Positions 9,939 to 19,332 of a DNA stretch of 64,000 nt are shown here, piece by piece. The first letter of the stretch is position 1; the number at the start of each line of letters is the position of its first letter. The notes under the pieces were generated by a model that was not told the origin of the DNA, did no database searches, and saw nothing but the letters and a program-made list of their open reading frames with translations. Origin of the DNA: an uncultured bacterium (GTDB lineage Bacteria; Zixibacteria; MSB-5A5; UBA10806); assembly GCA_965541585.1 (NCBI GenBank), contig CBEUCH010000006.1, positions 1 to 64,000 of the forward strand. The letters are read 5' to 3'. The position numbers were made by a program, and so were the translations under genes.

Positions 9939-11330
9939 TTATCGCCCATCCCTGGCTTTTTTTCTTAGGTCCGTTGCATTTGAATCATCCAGGGATGGTT
10001 CTTCTCTGGACACCACTCCTTCAAGTATTTCAATCTCTTCACGCACAAAATCAGCGCCAATATCTGCTTTTCCAGCGTCTAAAGATCTCTCAATCAAAGC
10101 AGAACAGTTTTTGAGAATTGTCGCTGCGTTATATTCACTTTTCTCAGCAACGAGATTAATTGCATCTGGAGTAAACGGAGTAAGCTCATCGCCTGAAAAT
10201 GAAGCTGTCCTATACTCAGTAAGATACTTTTTAATCAGTAGATTAACATGATCAGGATTTATTTTTTCAAAGTGGATAAGATGGGGCGATTCGATTTTCG
10301 GAGATAGTGGATAACGCTGATTCAATCCTGATCTTGACCAAGCATCGGAAATAAGCGCCGGAACACCAGCATGCAAGACAAGAAACATATTAAAGAATCC
10401 ATACCGAGCGTTCTCGTATGATCCATCCAGCAAAACAGATCTAAGCTCAGTTGCAAAATCGCGTATCTGACGACCGCTTTGAAAGTCGGGTATTCTTTCG
10501 AAATCATCAACAAAGATATATGCCCCGTTAAAACCTGACGCCATAAACATTTGAACGAGATGAGAAAAAATAAAATCAAGTTTTTCGCGCCCCTTCTTTA
10601 AATTTCGATAGAAATTCAAGAAAGATATTTCTGAAATGAATGGTTTTAACAACTCATGTCGAGAAGAAAACAATGGAAATACGTCGGGGATTTTCTGTAA
10701 AAATTCATTCCTCCATATGATATCCATAAGTTTTCCGAATTCAATATTACGCTCTTGAAGCCATTCCTCCGAGTTAAGAGATTGAATCAGATTTGGTTCA
10801 TCATCTTCGTCTATTTCCACATCTGGATAGGCCTCGGTAATCGCGTCAAGCCTCATACTTGCTAGGGACAAGGAGATGAATCCGGAAGAATAAATTGCCT
10901 CAAAAAGCAGATCTGCTAAACTATCAAACGTTTTTGTACGTCCCCCAGCTTCGGGGGCGACATAAACGGCAAAGCACTTGTTGATATCTTCGGAAATATC
11001 CAGACAATATTCGTTGTTAATGTGATCGATAATATTTACAAGAAACGCCGATTTCCCATTTCCGCGTCCAATATATGACGTATCCATGATATACCCGAGG
11101 CGAAGATGTGATGGATCTGTCTGAGGTTTTTTCAGAAACGCTGTTTCAATTTTGTTGTATTCTATACTTCTGATTCCACCCTCATAGATCTTGCCATTTA
11201 TTCTACGATCTGTTGAATCCTTATTTACCGGGCTTGTTGGGAATGGATTCTCTGTTAAAGCAAATCGTTGATATTTAGCTTCCAAGTCAACATTCTGTAG
11301 TTGCTTGGGCTTTCGATTTAACTTGCTCAT
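9939..11330 (-). CDS. P-loop AAA+-like ATPase
   Basis: N-terminal LTENPFP, Walker A GRGNGKS, Walker B YIFVDDFE, lid-like FTPDAINLVAEKSEYN. Confidence 0.8.
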   Translation of the reverse strand: MSKLNRKPKQLQNVDLEAKYQRFALTENPFPTSPVNKDSTDRRINGKIYEGGIRSIEYNKIETAFLKKPQTDPSHLRLGYIMDTSYIGRGNGKSAFLVNIIDHINNEYCLDISEDINKCFAVYVAPEAGGRTKTFDSLADLLFEAIYSSGFISLSLASMRLDAITEAYPDVEIDEDDEPNLIQSLNSEEWLQERNIEFGKLMDIIWRNEFLQKIPDVFPLFSSRHELLKPFISEISFLNFYRNLKKGREKLDFIFSHLVQMFMASGFNGAYIFVDDFERIPDFQSGRQIRDFATELRSVLLDGSYENARYGFFNMFLVLHAGVPALISDAWSRSGLNQRYPLSPKIESPHLIHFEKINPDHVNLLIKKYLTEYRTASFSGDELTPFTPDAINLVAEKSEYNAATILKNCSALIERSLDAGKADIGADFVREEIEILEGVVSREEPSLDDSNATDLRKKARDGR

Positions 11331-12634
11331 CGTTTTGGCCCTCCTTTAGCAACATCGATAGCAATAATATTTCGATAACTGCCGTCTACCATGACGGGTT
11401 CTCGTTTCATATACATCGTATTGGTTTCTTCCGGTAGTTTATCTACCTCGAGTGATATGCTAATGCTGAGATGTCCTGAAAGATTCAGACGATATATTTC
11501 ATTTAGTGTTTCTTCAAATGAAATCATAGATATTTTCAATCTGAAGCAAACAAGCTCACGTAACGATGCAAGATTGATAAAGTGGTAACGTGCTTGACGC
11601 TTCAAATCAAAATATCCTCTAACAAGAGTATCGACGAATTTATTTTTGTATGGGCTCTCTTCTTTCTCGGATCCAAGGCTTGGCTTATGAATGAAGAGAT
11701 GCTTACCGTCCGAGTAATCGTATATCTTTGAGAAGTCAACAGAACGGACATGATCAAGAACCACAGATGTTGGATATACCAGCTTTCCGTTAATAAAGGG
11801 ATATGACTCCGTTGCCTGAATCACACCAATCTGCCGGGCTCTATATCCCCATAAGTCAAAAGAGGTCATCGAGTAAGGGCATTTATAAAGTTCTTGGAGA
11901 AAATACATAATCCAGAAGTCACGGATACGTTTTGTTATCTTATTGTACTCTTTGGGGTCAAAATGTCCTGAAGGATTTTCGGGCAAAAGACCATCCCGAG
12001 TAATCCTTTTCAAAAGCTCAATGTTCTTAGGGGCCAAATCAACAGTACGTTTCAGATATTGCTCAATGTCTCCCTGAAGTTTTTTTACAAGGGATTCAGT
12101 GTATATGGTTATATCTTTTGTTGTTCGGATATTCTTCCTGTTAAATTGCAATTCCAATGGGGAATAATGTGGAAACACCAATACTCCCGAACCTTTTGAA
12201 TTCGCTTTGTATAAGAATTCAACGAGTATTCGAAAAGCCTTATGCGCATCTTCCATGTGTTTGAATAATGAAAGATTAAATTTGCGAATTCCTTCAGTAC
12301 GATACTGAACCAAAAGTCTTTTACCTTCTTCCGTAAGATGAATAGAGTGATCTTCATTCTCGACAAGAAGGCCATATTCCTTGCACTCGTCGATCACCTT
12401 ATTAAACGTATAGCGATAACGGCGTTGCTGATGCTCTGTAGGGTTTTCAACATCCTCTAGTTTCTTGTATTTTGATTCACCAAGTCGGTATTCTTGCTTG
12501 AGAATTTTGAATGAATTAAACACTTCGTCCCGGTTCATGTATTTTTCAACACTACTAAGTAGAATGAAGAAATAATCCAGAAAATAGAACTTTCTGGATG
12601 GCAAAGAAGAAGTTCTTACAGTTGCTTTCGTCAT
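11327..12634 (-). CDS. Hypothetical protein, probable winged-helix DNA-binding domains
   Basis: 435-aa ORF; wing-like EYGLLVENEDHSIHLTEEGKRLL; ATGA overlap with the ATPase. Confidence 0.65.
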   Translation of the reverse strand: MTKATVRTSSLPSRKFYFLDYFFILLSSVEKYMNRDEVFNSFKILKQEYRLGESKYKKLEDVENPTEHQQRRYRYTFNKVIDECKEYGLLVENEDHSIHLTEEGKRLLVQYRTEGIRKFNLSLFKHMEDAHKAFRILVEFLYKANSKGSGVLVFPHYSPLELQFNRKNIRTTKDITIYTESLVKKLQGDIEQYLKRTVDLAPKNIELLKRITRDGLLPENPSGHFDPKEYNKITKRIRDFWIMYFLQELYKCPYSMTSFDLWGYRARQIGVIQATESYPFINGKLVYPTSVVLDHVRSVDFSKIYDYSDGKHLFIHKPSLGSEKEESPYKNKFVDTLVRGYFDLKRQARYHFINLASLRELVCFRLKISMISFEETLNEIYRLNLSGHLSISISLEVDKLPEETNTMYMKREPVMVDGSYRNIIAIDVAKGGPKR

Positions 12635-12739
12635 GAATGCTCTCGTCTACGTCCAACTAAATTGAAACTATAAGTTCACTTCAACTACAGGTAATAATAT
12701 ATAAAATTTATTAGGGGGGGGCAAGCCCTAAATCGTTGC

Positions 12740-13732
12740 CTACTCCGCCACGTCCCCCAGGAGCTTATCCACCACGTCGAGAGTGCCGACGCCCTCGGCC
12801 TCGGCGCTAAACGATGTTACAATACGGTGGCGCATGACCGGGCGGACCACCTCGCGGATATCCTCGATAGACGGTGTGGGACGGCCATGCAGGATGGCGC
12901 GGGTCTTGGCGCCCAGCACCATGTACTGCGAGGCGCGCGGGCCGGTACCCCAGCTGACCCAGTTTTTGATATAATCGTAATCGCTGTTTGGCGGACGGGT
13001 GGCGCGGGCCAGCCGGACCGCATAGGCGATAACCGTATCGGCCACCGGCACCCGGCGCACCAGGTCCTGCAACTGGAGTATCTCCTCGGATTTCATCACG
13101 ACGCCGACATCGGTGGTGTAAGCGGAGGTGGTGGTGCGGACGATCTCGTTCTCCTCCGCCTCCGAGGGGTAATCGACATAGATATTGAACATAAACCTGT
13201 CGAGCTGGGCCTCCGGCAAGGGGTAGGTGCCCTCCTGCTCGATCGGGTTCTGTGTGGCCAGCACGAAAAACGGCTTTTCGAGATTATGGGTGTTGCCGCC
13301 GGCGGTGACCTCGTATTCCTGCATAGCCTGCAGCAGCGCCGACTGGGTTTTGGGCGGGGTGCGGTTGATCTCGTCGGCTAATATTATGTTGCCGAAGATC
13401 GGTCCTTTGACGAAACGGAACTCGCGGCCGCCGGTGGTGCGGTTCTCCTCGATAACCTCGGTGCCGGTGATATCCGACGGCATCAAATCGGGTGTGAACT
13501 GGATACGGGAGAATTTCAGATCGAGTGTTTTTGCCAGTGTGGATATCAGCAAAGTCTTGGCCAGCCCCGGCACACCAACAAACAGGCAGTGGCCGCGGGC
13601 CAGGATAGCTATTAAAAGCTGCTCGATCACCTTATCCTGCCCGATAATGGCCTTGCCGATTTCGGATTTTATAGTCTGGAAGCCCTCGTTAAGCCTTTCA
13701 ACCGCTTTAAGATCGCCTTTTTCGGAACTCAT
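12740..13732 (-). CDS. MoxR family AAA+ ATPase
   Basis: GVPGLAKT, RIQFTPDLMPSDITG, LADEINRTPPKTQSALL, ATQNPIEQEGTYPLPEAQLDRF. Confidence 0.95.
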   Translation of the reverse strand: MSSEKGDLKAVERLNEGFQTIKSEIGKAIIGQDKVIEQLLIAILARGHCLFVGVPGLAKTLLISTLAKTLDLKFSRIQFTPDLMPSDITGTEVIEENRTTGGREFRFVKGPIFGNIILADEINRTPPKTQSALLQAMQEYEVTAGGNTHNLEKPFFVLATQNPIEQEGTYPLPEAQLDRFMFNIYVDYPSEAEENEIVRTTTSAYTTDVGVVMKSEEILQLQDLVRRVPVADTVIAYAVRLARATRPPNSDYDYIKNWVSWGTGPRASQYMVLGAKTRAILHGRPTPSIEDIREVVRPVMRHRIVTSFSAEAEGVGTLDVVDKLLGDVAE

Positions 13733-13906
13733 CTATCCTCCCGGATCTAATTCGTGCTAAGCATCGCCTGATGCGCCTGTGTGTAAACTCACCCCCGCCC
13801 GTGACGGCGACGATTACCTATTATACGAAATTAAGAGGCAAAAGGGAACAGGGGAACAGGCATTATTAGAATCAATTGGATATTATTATCCGACTAAGTT
13901 GGGTTA

Positions 13907-14827
13907 TTATGTCAGAGATTCTGATCCAAAGATCGCTATCCAGATCCAAGTAATTGCTATCAATGCTGTATTGTATAACTGGTGAACCATTATGCTATTT
14001 GTCAGCGAATCAGTTTTTATTCTGATAGCTATGAGTACGACCGCTACGATAAGAATCGGAAAAAGTAGAAACGGGCTGTAACTCAGCTGCCAGGCGTGCA
14101 AAAACACGAAAGCTATCGTAACCACAATACCGGAAGCAACTGGCCCCAGTCTGTGCTTTAGCCCCTCAAAAATATATCCTCTAAATATTAATTCTTCTCT
14201 AAATGGCGCCAGAAGGGCAACGAATGAAAACCATGCAACCTTAAAATAGCCTTCCTGAAATATCCTATCCATAGGCGTGTCCTCCGGGACAAAATGCCGA
14301 AGAGGGGTGAATTCCAATATGTAACTATATAGAATAACGCCAATAAGAACTATGGCTGTAATTCCTGAATATCTTATAATATTTGTTTTTGTGAGTCTCT
14401 GCAAATGAAGCGACTGGAAAAAACTATTGTTGTGACGTTTGACAACCGAATAGTAAATCAAAACCAGAGGAAAAACAAATTCTATAACAGTAAAGATTAT
14501 TAGGCTGATTGTGTTTGCAGTATCGTCACGGATTCCTCCCTCAAAGCTGTAGCCCGGATCGAATAGGGCGGTTAGAGCCATGCCCATTAATACGGAAATA
14601 GCTAAAGCTATTAGTGTGCCCAAAAAATAAGCAATCGCAAATATAACAACCGACCTCACTCCCCAGGGCGTGGGTTCCCTTGGGACTATTGTTTTGACTT
14701 TGCAATACGGGCATAAAAACTCATCGCCTGGCTCGAGATATTGAGTAATAATCTCAGCGCCGCAATTTGTGCAATGGAACTTAAGTTTCTTTTTTGGTTG
14801 ATCGGGGAAATGCTTTGATAGCGGCAT
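13907..14827 (-). CDS. CPBP/Abi family intramembrane metalloprotease with N-terminal zinc ribbon
   Basis: APFREELIFRG, FVFLH, HQLYN; N-terminal CTNC..CPYC. Confidence 0.85.
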   Translation of the reverse strand: MPLSKHFPDQPKKKLKFHCTNCGAEIITQYLEPGDEFLCPYCKVKTIVPREPTPWGVRSVVIFAIAYFLGTLIALAISVLMGMALTALFDPGYSFEGGIRDDTANTISLIIFTVIEFVFPLVLIYYSVVKRHNNSFFQSLHLQRLTKTNIIRYSGITAIVLIGVILYSYILEFTPLRHFVPEDTPMDRIFQEGYFKVAWFSFVALLAPFREELIFRGYIFEGLKHRLGPVASGIVVTIAFVFLHAWQLSYSPFLLFPILIVAVVLIAIRIKTDSLTNSIMVHQLYNTALIAITWIWIAIFGSESLT

Positions 14828-14860
14828 AATAAGCTGTTTCTCTATCAGTTAAAAATATTA

Positions 14861-15541
14861 CTACTCTACAATAACCCCTCCGTCTTTTCCAACGGCAAGC
14901 TCATAGCTCTCGCTATCCTCCACCGTCACCCAGTCGGTGGCGAAACTGTCGACCTCGGCAAACCACTTGAACAGGCGGGTGTCTCTGAAAAACACGAAGG
15001 CAGCCGACGGGCCCCCCTCCAGCTGTTCGGTATGCAAGAGGGCGCCGGTGCTCGACGGCGCTCTCCGGGCGATGAAGCGGCCGTTGAACTCAATTGTTTT
15101 GAAAGCCTTTTCCGGCACACCGAATTGGTTCCGGGCGAATTTGAATCGTAATATCTCCCCGGAAAAACGCCATGAATCCCCCGAGAGATAAAACAAGTTT
15201 TCAACACTTATGTTATAGCCGGATGCCGGTACGTAGCGCATCTCCAATGATCTTATCGGATCGCCCGTTCTATTAACAGCGAGCCTTCCGATAGTACCTT
15301 CGTTACTTAATGGCCGGAAATATTTAAGCTGGGATGACAACCAGAAGAAACCCTGAGACAATATAATGGAGATAAGCGCCAGTATTATCAGAAAAATACT
15401 CGCACCCCCCGGGATTTTCGATTTGGGCTCGCCTGTGTCTCGGTAACGGATTCTTTTGAAGACTCTTCTCAGCAGGTATGCCAGAAGCAGAATTCCCAGG
15501 ACGAACAGGCCGATGCCGAAGGCGGCCAGCCGTGATTCCAT
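14861..15541 (-). CDS. Hypothetical membrane protein
   Basis: Two N-terminal TM helices; starts 1 nt after the bactofilin stop. Confidence 0.7.
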   Translation of the reverse strand: MESRLAAFGIGLFVLGILLLAYLLRRVFKRIRYRDTGEPKSKIPGGASIFLIILALISIILSQGFFWLSSQLKYFRPLSNEGTIGRLAVNRTGDPIRSLEMRYVPASGYNISVENLFYLSGDSWRFSGEILRFKFARNQFGVPEKAFKTIEFNGRFIARRAPSSTGALLHTEQLEGGPSAAFVFFRDTRLFKWFAEVDSFATDWVTVEDSESYELAVGKDGGVIVE

Positions 15542-15542
15542 C

Positions 15543-15938
15543 TCATTTACCTGACTTATCGGGCATCTGCGCTGCCGGCGACGGCGGCGCTGAAGATACC
15601 GAATCCTTCATCCTCGAATTGCCGTGAAATATCGCCCCGTGCTCAACAAGCAGCGATTTGGATGTGATATCGCCAACCAGTTCAGATTTCGCCTGCAACT
15701 CTACTTTTTCGCTGGCTACAAGATTACCCTCGACACGGCCACCGATGACTATGGAACGAGCCCTGATCTCAGCCTTTACTACGCCGGTCGATCCTACAGT
15801 CACGATATCGTTGGCAATGAGTTTGCCGTTAACGCTACCGTCGATACGGGTGGCCCCCTCGATGTTAACAGTGCCCTCGATTTTCGTGCCTTTGCCTATA
15901 ATGGTTCCCAGTCGTGTATCGCCTTTGTTTCCGTTCAT
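15543..15938 (-). CDS. Bactofilin (polymer-forming cytoskeletal protein)
   Basis: TIIGKGTKIEG..RIDG..GRVEGN..GDITSKSLLVEHGAIFHG; follows an M23 peptidase. Confidence 0.92.
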   Translation of the reverse strand: MNGNKGDTRLGTIIGKGTKIEGTVNIEGATRIDGSVNGKLIANDIVTVGSTGVVKAEIRARSIVIGGRVEGNLVASEKVELQAKSELVGDITSKSLLVEHGAIFHGNSRMKDSVSSAPPSPAAQMPDKSGK

Positions 15939-15990
15939 GGTTCCCTCTTTCGATGAATATCCTCAATTTAGACTCTGCCAGCTCATTCCA

Positions 15991-16797
15991 TCAATCCAGG
16001 TATGGAGTCGGGTCTACCGGATCACCATCCTTTCGTATCTCGTAATGGAGATGCGGCGCCGTCGAATGACCGGTGTTGCCCGACAGCGCAATCACGTCTC
16101 CTTTTAAGACATTGTCGCCCTCCTCAACAAGCAAATTCTCGTTATGCCCGTAAAGGGTCTGATAACCGTTTCCATGCTCGATTATGACCAGATTTCCCAG
16201 GTATTCATCCCATCCGGCAAAAGCCACAATGCCCGAAGCTGTGGCAGAGACGGACGTGCCCGTTTTGACTGCAAAATCCAAGCCGGCATGTTTCTCGCCT
16301 GATTCTTCACCGGCTGAAAAAGCTCTCGTAATCCATCCGTACAGTGGTCTATTTGCGGGGATCGTTTGCTTCGCCAGCTCCTCCCTCGTCAGCGGGATCT
16401 GGAGGTTGTCGAATCTCATAGCCTCACGGAGACCCGAATCGGGTGCAGCCGCCAGTGCGGAATCGAAATTGATTCCCTCGGGCTGTTCGAAATCCTCAAG
16501 ATCCACTCCCGCCATCTGCGCCAGACGTGCCGTCAGCTCCCGGTTCTTCTTGAAGCTTTTCTCGATATCGACGACGCGTGCCAGATAGCCTCTAAGATTG
16601 TGGTTCTCCTCTTCGAGCATAGAGGCTTTAATGGCCATAATGGACAATCGGGAATAGAAGAATGTAACAACAATTAGTGCCACGACCCAGACGGCGAGGA
16701 AAGCTACGATAAATTTGAACAAAGACGACCGGAATGTTCGAGAGAAGACCCTCTTGCTCCCCTCTGGAATTATCATCAATGTTACTCTTCTGCTCAA
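15991..16797 (-). CDS. M23 family peptidase
   Basis: HAGLD, YGH, GNTGHSTAPHLHYE; N-terminal TM helix and coiled coil. Confidence 0.93.
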   Translation of the reverse strand: MSRRVTLMIIPEGSKRVFSRTFRSSLFKFIVAFLAVWVVALIVVTFFYSRLSIMAIKASMLEEENHNLRGYLARVVDIEKSFKKNRELTARLAQMAGVDLEDFEQPEGINFDSALAAAPDSGLREAMRFDNLQIPLTREELAKQTIPANRPLYGWITRAFSAGEESGEKHAGLDFAVKTGTSVSATASGIVAFAGWDEYLGNLVIIEHGNGYQTLYGHNENLLVEEGDNVLKGDVIALSGNTGHSTAPHLHYEIRKDGDPVDPTPYLD

Positions 16798-17675
16798 AAG
16801 TTCTCCATCACTCCAAAAAATTCGAGCAGTCGGTTCAGTTCATCCACTGAGTAATATTCTATTGTTATCTTGCCCCCTTTTCGCTTCTGCGTGATGGTGA
16901 CCTTGGTGGCGAGTTTCCGCTTCAGTGATTCCTCGATCGATGCCATCTGCGATGAACGCTGGCGGGGCTGCCGCTGTTTTCCAGCAGCCTTATCGGCATA
17001 TACAAGACGTTCCAGTTGCCTGACCGAGAGATCCTCCTTTACCACTTTCCGGGCGAGAGAGATCCTCTCGGAGTTGGCGGGTACAGCCAGAAGGGCACGG
17101 GCATGGCCTGCAGATATGCTGCCGTCGATAAGCATATTCTTCAACTCTCCGGGAAGCGACAGCAGCCGAATGGCGTTTGCTATTGATGAGCGATCCTTGC
17201 CGACCCTGGCAGCGATATCGGCCTGGGAGAGGTTGGATTCGGTCGCCAGGCGATTATAACCGGAGGCCTCCTCTATTGGATTCAGATCTTCTCTCTGGAG
17301 ATTCTCAATTAACGCCAGTTCCATGACCGTTTCATTATCGGCGGATTCGAGAAATACAGCGGGGATTGTGGTCCAGCCAAGTCTCTGAACGGCCCTCAGC
17401 CTGCGTTCGCCGACAATCAGCTCATATGTATCATCTACGGGTCTGACGACAACGGGTTGTATCACCCCGCGCTCCTTGATCGACTCCGCAAGCTCGGCCA
17501 GTTTGCCGGGATCGAAAGCCTGTCTTGGCTGAAAAGGGCTGGCCTTGATTTTCTCGATAGGTATCTCCGAGATTACTCTTTGCCCCGGCGAATCAGATGT
17601 AACATTTTTATCATCAGGGGCAGTTGCGCCGGGAATCAACGCCTCCAATCCTTTTCCCAATGCCAATCGTTTCAT
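16794..17675 (-). CDS. parB: Chromosome partitioning protein ParB
   Basis: LGKGLEAL, QPR, GERRLRA, ENLQREDLNPIEEA, HTH, GHARALL. Confidence 0.97.
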   Translation of the reverse strand: MKRLALGKGLEALIPGATAPDDKNVTSDSPGQRVISEIPIEKIKASPFQPRQAFDPGKLAELAESIKERGVIQPVVVRPVDDTYELIVGERRLRAVQRLGWTTIPAVFLESADNETVMELALIENLQREDLNPIEEASGYNRLATESNLSQADIAARVGKDRSSIANAIRLLSLPGELKNMLIDGSISAGHARALLAVPANSERISLARKVVKEDLSVRQLERLVYADKAAGKQRQPRQRSSQMASIEESLKRKLATKVTITQKRKGGKITIEYYSVDELNRLLEFFGVMENF

Positions 17676-18430
17676 CTTGCTAAAACCTCCTTGGCAAGAT
17701 TCATATAATTCGCCGAGCCTGTGCAGAGAATATCGTAAAGCATAATCGGTCTACCGAAGCCCGGCGCTTCGGAGAGCCGGACATTTCTGCTGATTACGGT
17801 TTCAAATACTTTGTCTGCAAAAAACTTTCGCGCTTCCTCCGCCACCTGCTTGGAGAGGTTCAGACGACTATCATACATTGTCAGCAATACGCCATGGATC
17901 TCCAAGCCCGGGTTCAATTGTTTCTGCACCAGTTTGATAGTGCTCAATAATTGGCCCAATCCCTCGAGAGCGTAATATTCGCACTGGATCGGAATAATGA
18001 GAGAATCGGCAGCCGTTAGAGTATTGATGGTCAGAAGACCTAGGGACGGAGGGCAGTCGATGATAATAAATTCGTATTCGTCCTTGATAGTGCCCAACGA
18101 GTTTTTCAAGCGGTATTCCCGATTGGTTGCACCAACAAGCTCGACCTCGGCTCCGACAAGATTGATATTCGATGGTAGGATTTGCAGATATTTTATCTCA
18201 GTATCCCTGATGCCTTCCTCAATGGACGCATCCCCAAGCAGAACTTCGTAGATCGATATATCCACGTTATACTTATCTACCCCGACACCCGACGTGGAAT
18301 TACCCTGCGGGTCGATATCGATAAGGAGAGTCTTCTTTTCCGCTATTGCCAGGCTGCTTGCAAGGTTGATGGCGGTTGTGGTTTTACCCACACCACCCTT
18401 CTGATTTGCAATGCCGATGATGTTGCCCAT
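17672..18430 (-). CDS. parA: Chromosome partitioning ATPase ParA/Soj
   Basis: NQKGGVGKTT, DIDPQGN, IDCPPSLG, QCEYYALEG. Confidence 0.97.
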   Translation of the reverse strand: MGNIIGIANQKGGVGKTTTAINLASSLAIAEKKTLLIDIDPQGNSTSGVGVDKYNVDISIYEVLLGDASIEEGIRDTEIKYLQILPSNINLVGAEVELVGATNREYRLKNSLGTIKDEYEFIIIDCPPSLGLLTINTLTAADSLIIPIQCEYYALEGLGQLLSTIKLVQKQLNPGLEIHGVLLTMYDSRLNLSKQVAEEARKFFADKVFETVISRNVRLSEAPGFGRPIMLYDILCTGSANYMNLAKEVLAR

Positions 18431-18513
18431 GTAACCTCAAATGATTCATTGCGTTACCATTTCCATAAACCTGATGGGATTTTACTCGCTTTTCTTTATG
18501 ATTGCAAGCAAAA

Positions 18514-18529
18514 TGTTTCACGTGAAAAA
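18514..18529. promoter_or_regulatory. parS site (one mismatch)
   Basis: TGTTTCACGTGAAAAA versus consensus TGTTTCACGTGAAACA, just upstream of parA. Confidence 0.85.
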
Positions 18530-18554
18530 AATAATTGAGGGATTCATCTGATGA

Positions 18555-19106
18555 TTAAATCTCATCTATAATCCGATATTTTCCCGGTCTCTCGTAATAA
18601 ATGAGCTTGCCCGAAACCTTCAAAGGTTCTCTAATCTGTGGCAATAGCAGTTTCCACCGTGGAAGGGCTCTGACGGTAGCGATATCGAAAAGGTGGTCTG
18701 GCGCGTAATCCTCGAGGCGAACCTCGACAACCGCTACATTTCCCAGATCCAATTCCGAGCGAACGTGCTCGAGAAATAAGACCTTTTTGTGGCGGGCCTC
18801 CAACATTGTGATACTCAACCGGGGGCGGATCAAGGCCAGAGGGATCGCCGGAAAGCCGGCGCCAGATCCGATATCTACCAGGTATCCCGTTTCAGGGATG
18901 ATTGGTGCCGGGATTATTGAATCCAGTATATGGCGCTCTAATAAGGCCCCAAGATCTTTCTTCGACACTATGTTCATCCTTTGTGACCAGGATAATATAA
19001 GATCGTGATAGAGTTCAGCCTTCCGGGCGAAATCATCGGGCAGAGGAAAACCTCTTGCTTCAAACCATTTGTTGATTTTATCGTAAGATCCGGGTGGAAA
19101 CGGCAT
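18555..19106 (-). CDS. rsmG: 16S rRNA m7G527 methyltransferase RsmG (GidB)
   Basis: HILDS, DIGSGAGFPAIPLA, KKVLFL, VRA; lies between mnmG and parA. Confidence 0.93.
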   Translation of the reverse strand: MPFPPGSYDKINKWFEARGFPLPDDFARKAELYHDLILSWSQRMNIVSKKDLGALLERHILDSIIPAPIIPETGYLVDIGSGAGFPAIPLALIRPRLSITMLEARHKKVLFLEHVRSELDLGNVAVVEVRLEDYAPDHLFDIATVRALPRWKLLLPQIREPLKVSGKLIYYERPGKYRIIDEI

Positions 19107-19129
19107 ATCCAGGCTCAAATGTTATTGGC

Positions 19130-19303
19130 TGTTGATAAATATCTCATGCAGGTGGGTAATTTCCAAAGATATTCGCTTTTTCTCCACATTCTAATAATAT
19201 TACTACCCCATTAGCCGATTAGAGGCTGTTTCACGTGAAACAATTCCACATGCATGCCGCAGTATTTGTTTACAAGCAGCGGTATATCCACACTCTATCC
19301 ACA
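19130..19303. promoter_or_regulatory. Candidate replication origin: DnaA-box-like cluster with DnaA-trio-like repeats
   Basis: TGTTGATAA 19130, TTCTCCACA 19180, ATATCCACA 19284, CTATCCACA 19295; CTA-ATA-ATA-TTA-CTA at 19191-19205. Confidence 0.55.
19227..19242. promoter_or_regulatory. parS site (perfect consensus)
   Basis: TGTTTCACGTGAAACA. Confidence 0.93.
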
Positions 19304-19332
19304 TTTCTTGGCAGTCCTGAACATTCCTGAGG

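Noticed and set aside
9112..12634. BREX, PARIS or Septu assignment for the island
   Set aside because: No PglZ/PglX, TOPRIM or HNH gene, and the ATPase lacks ABC signature motifs
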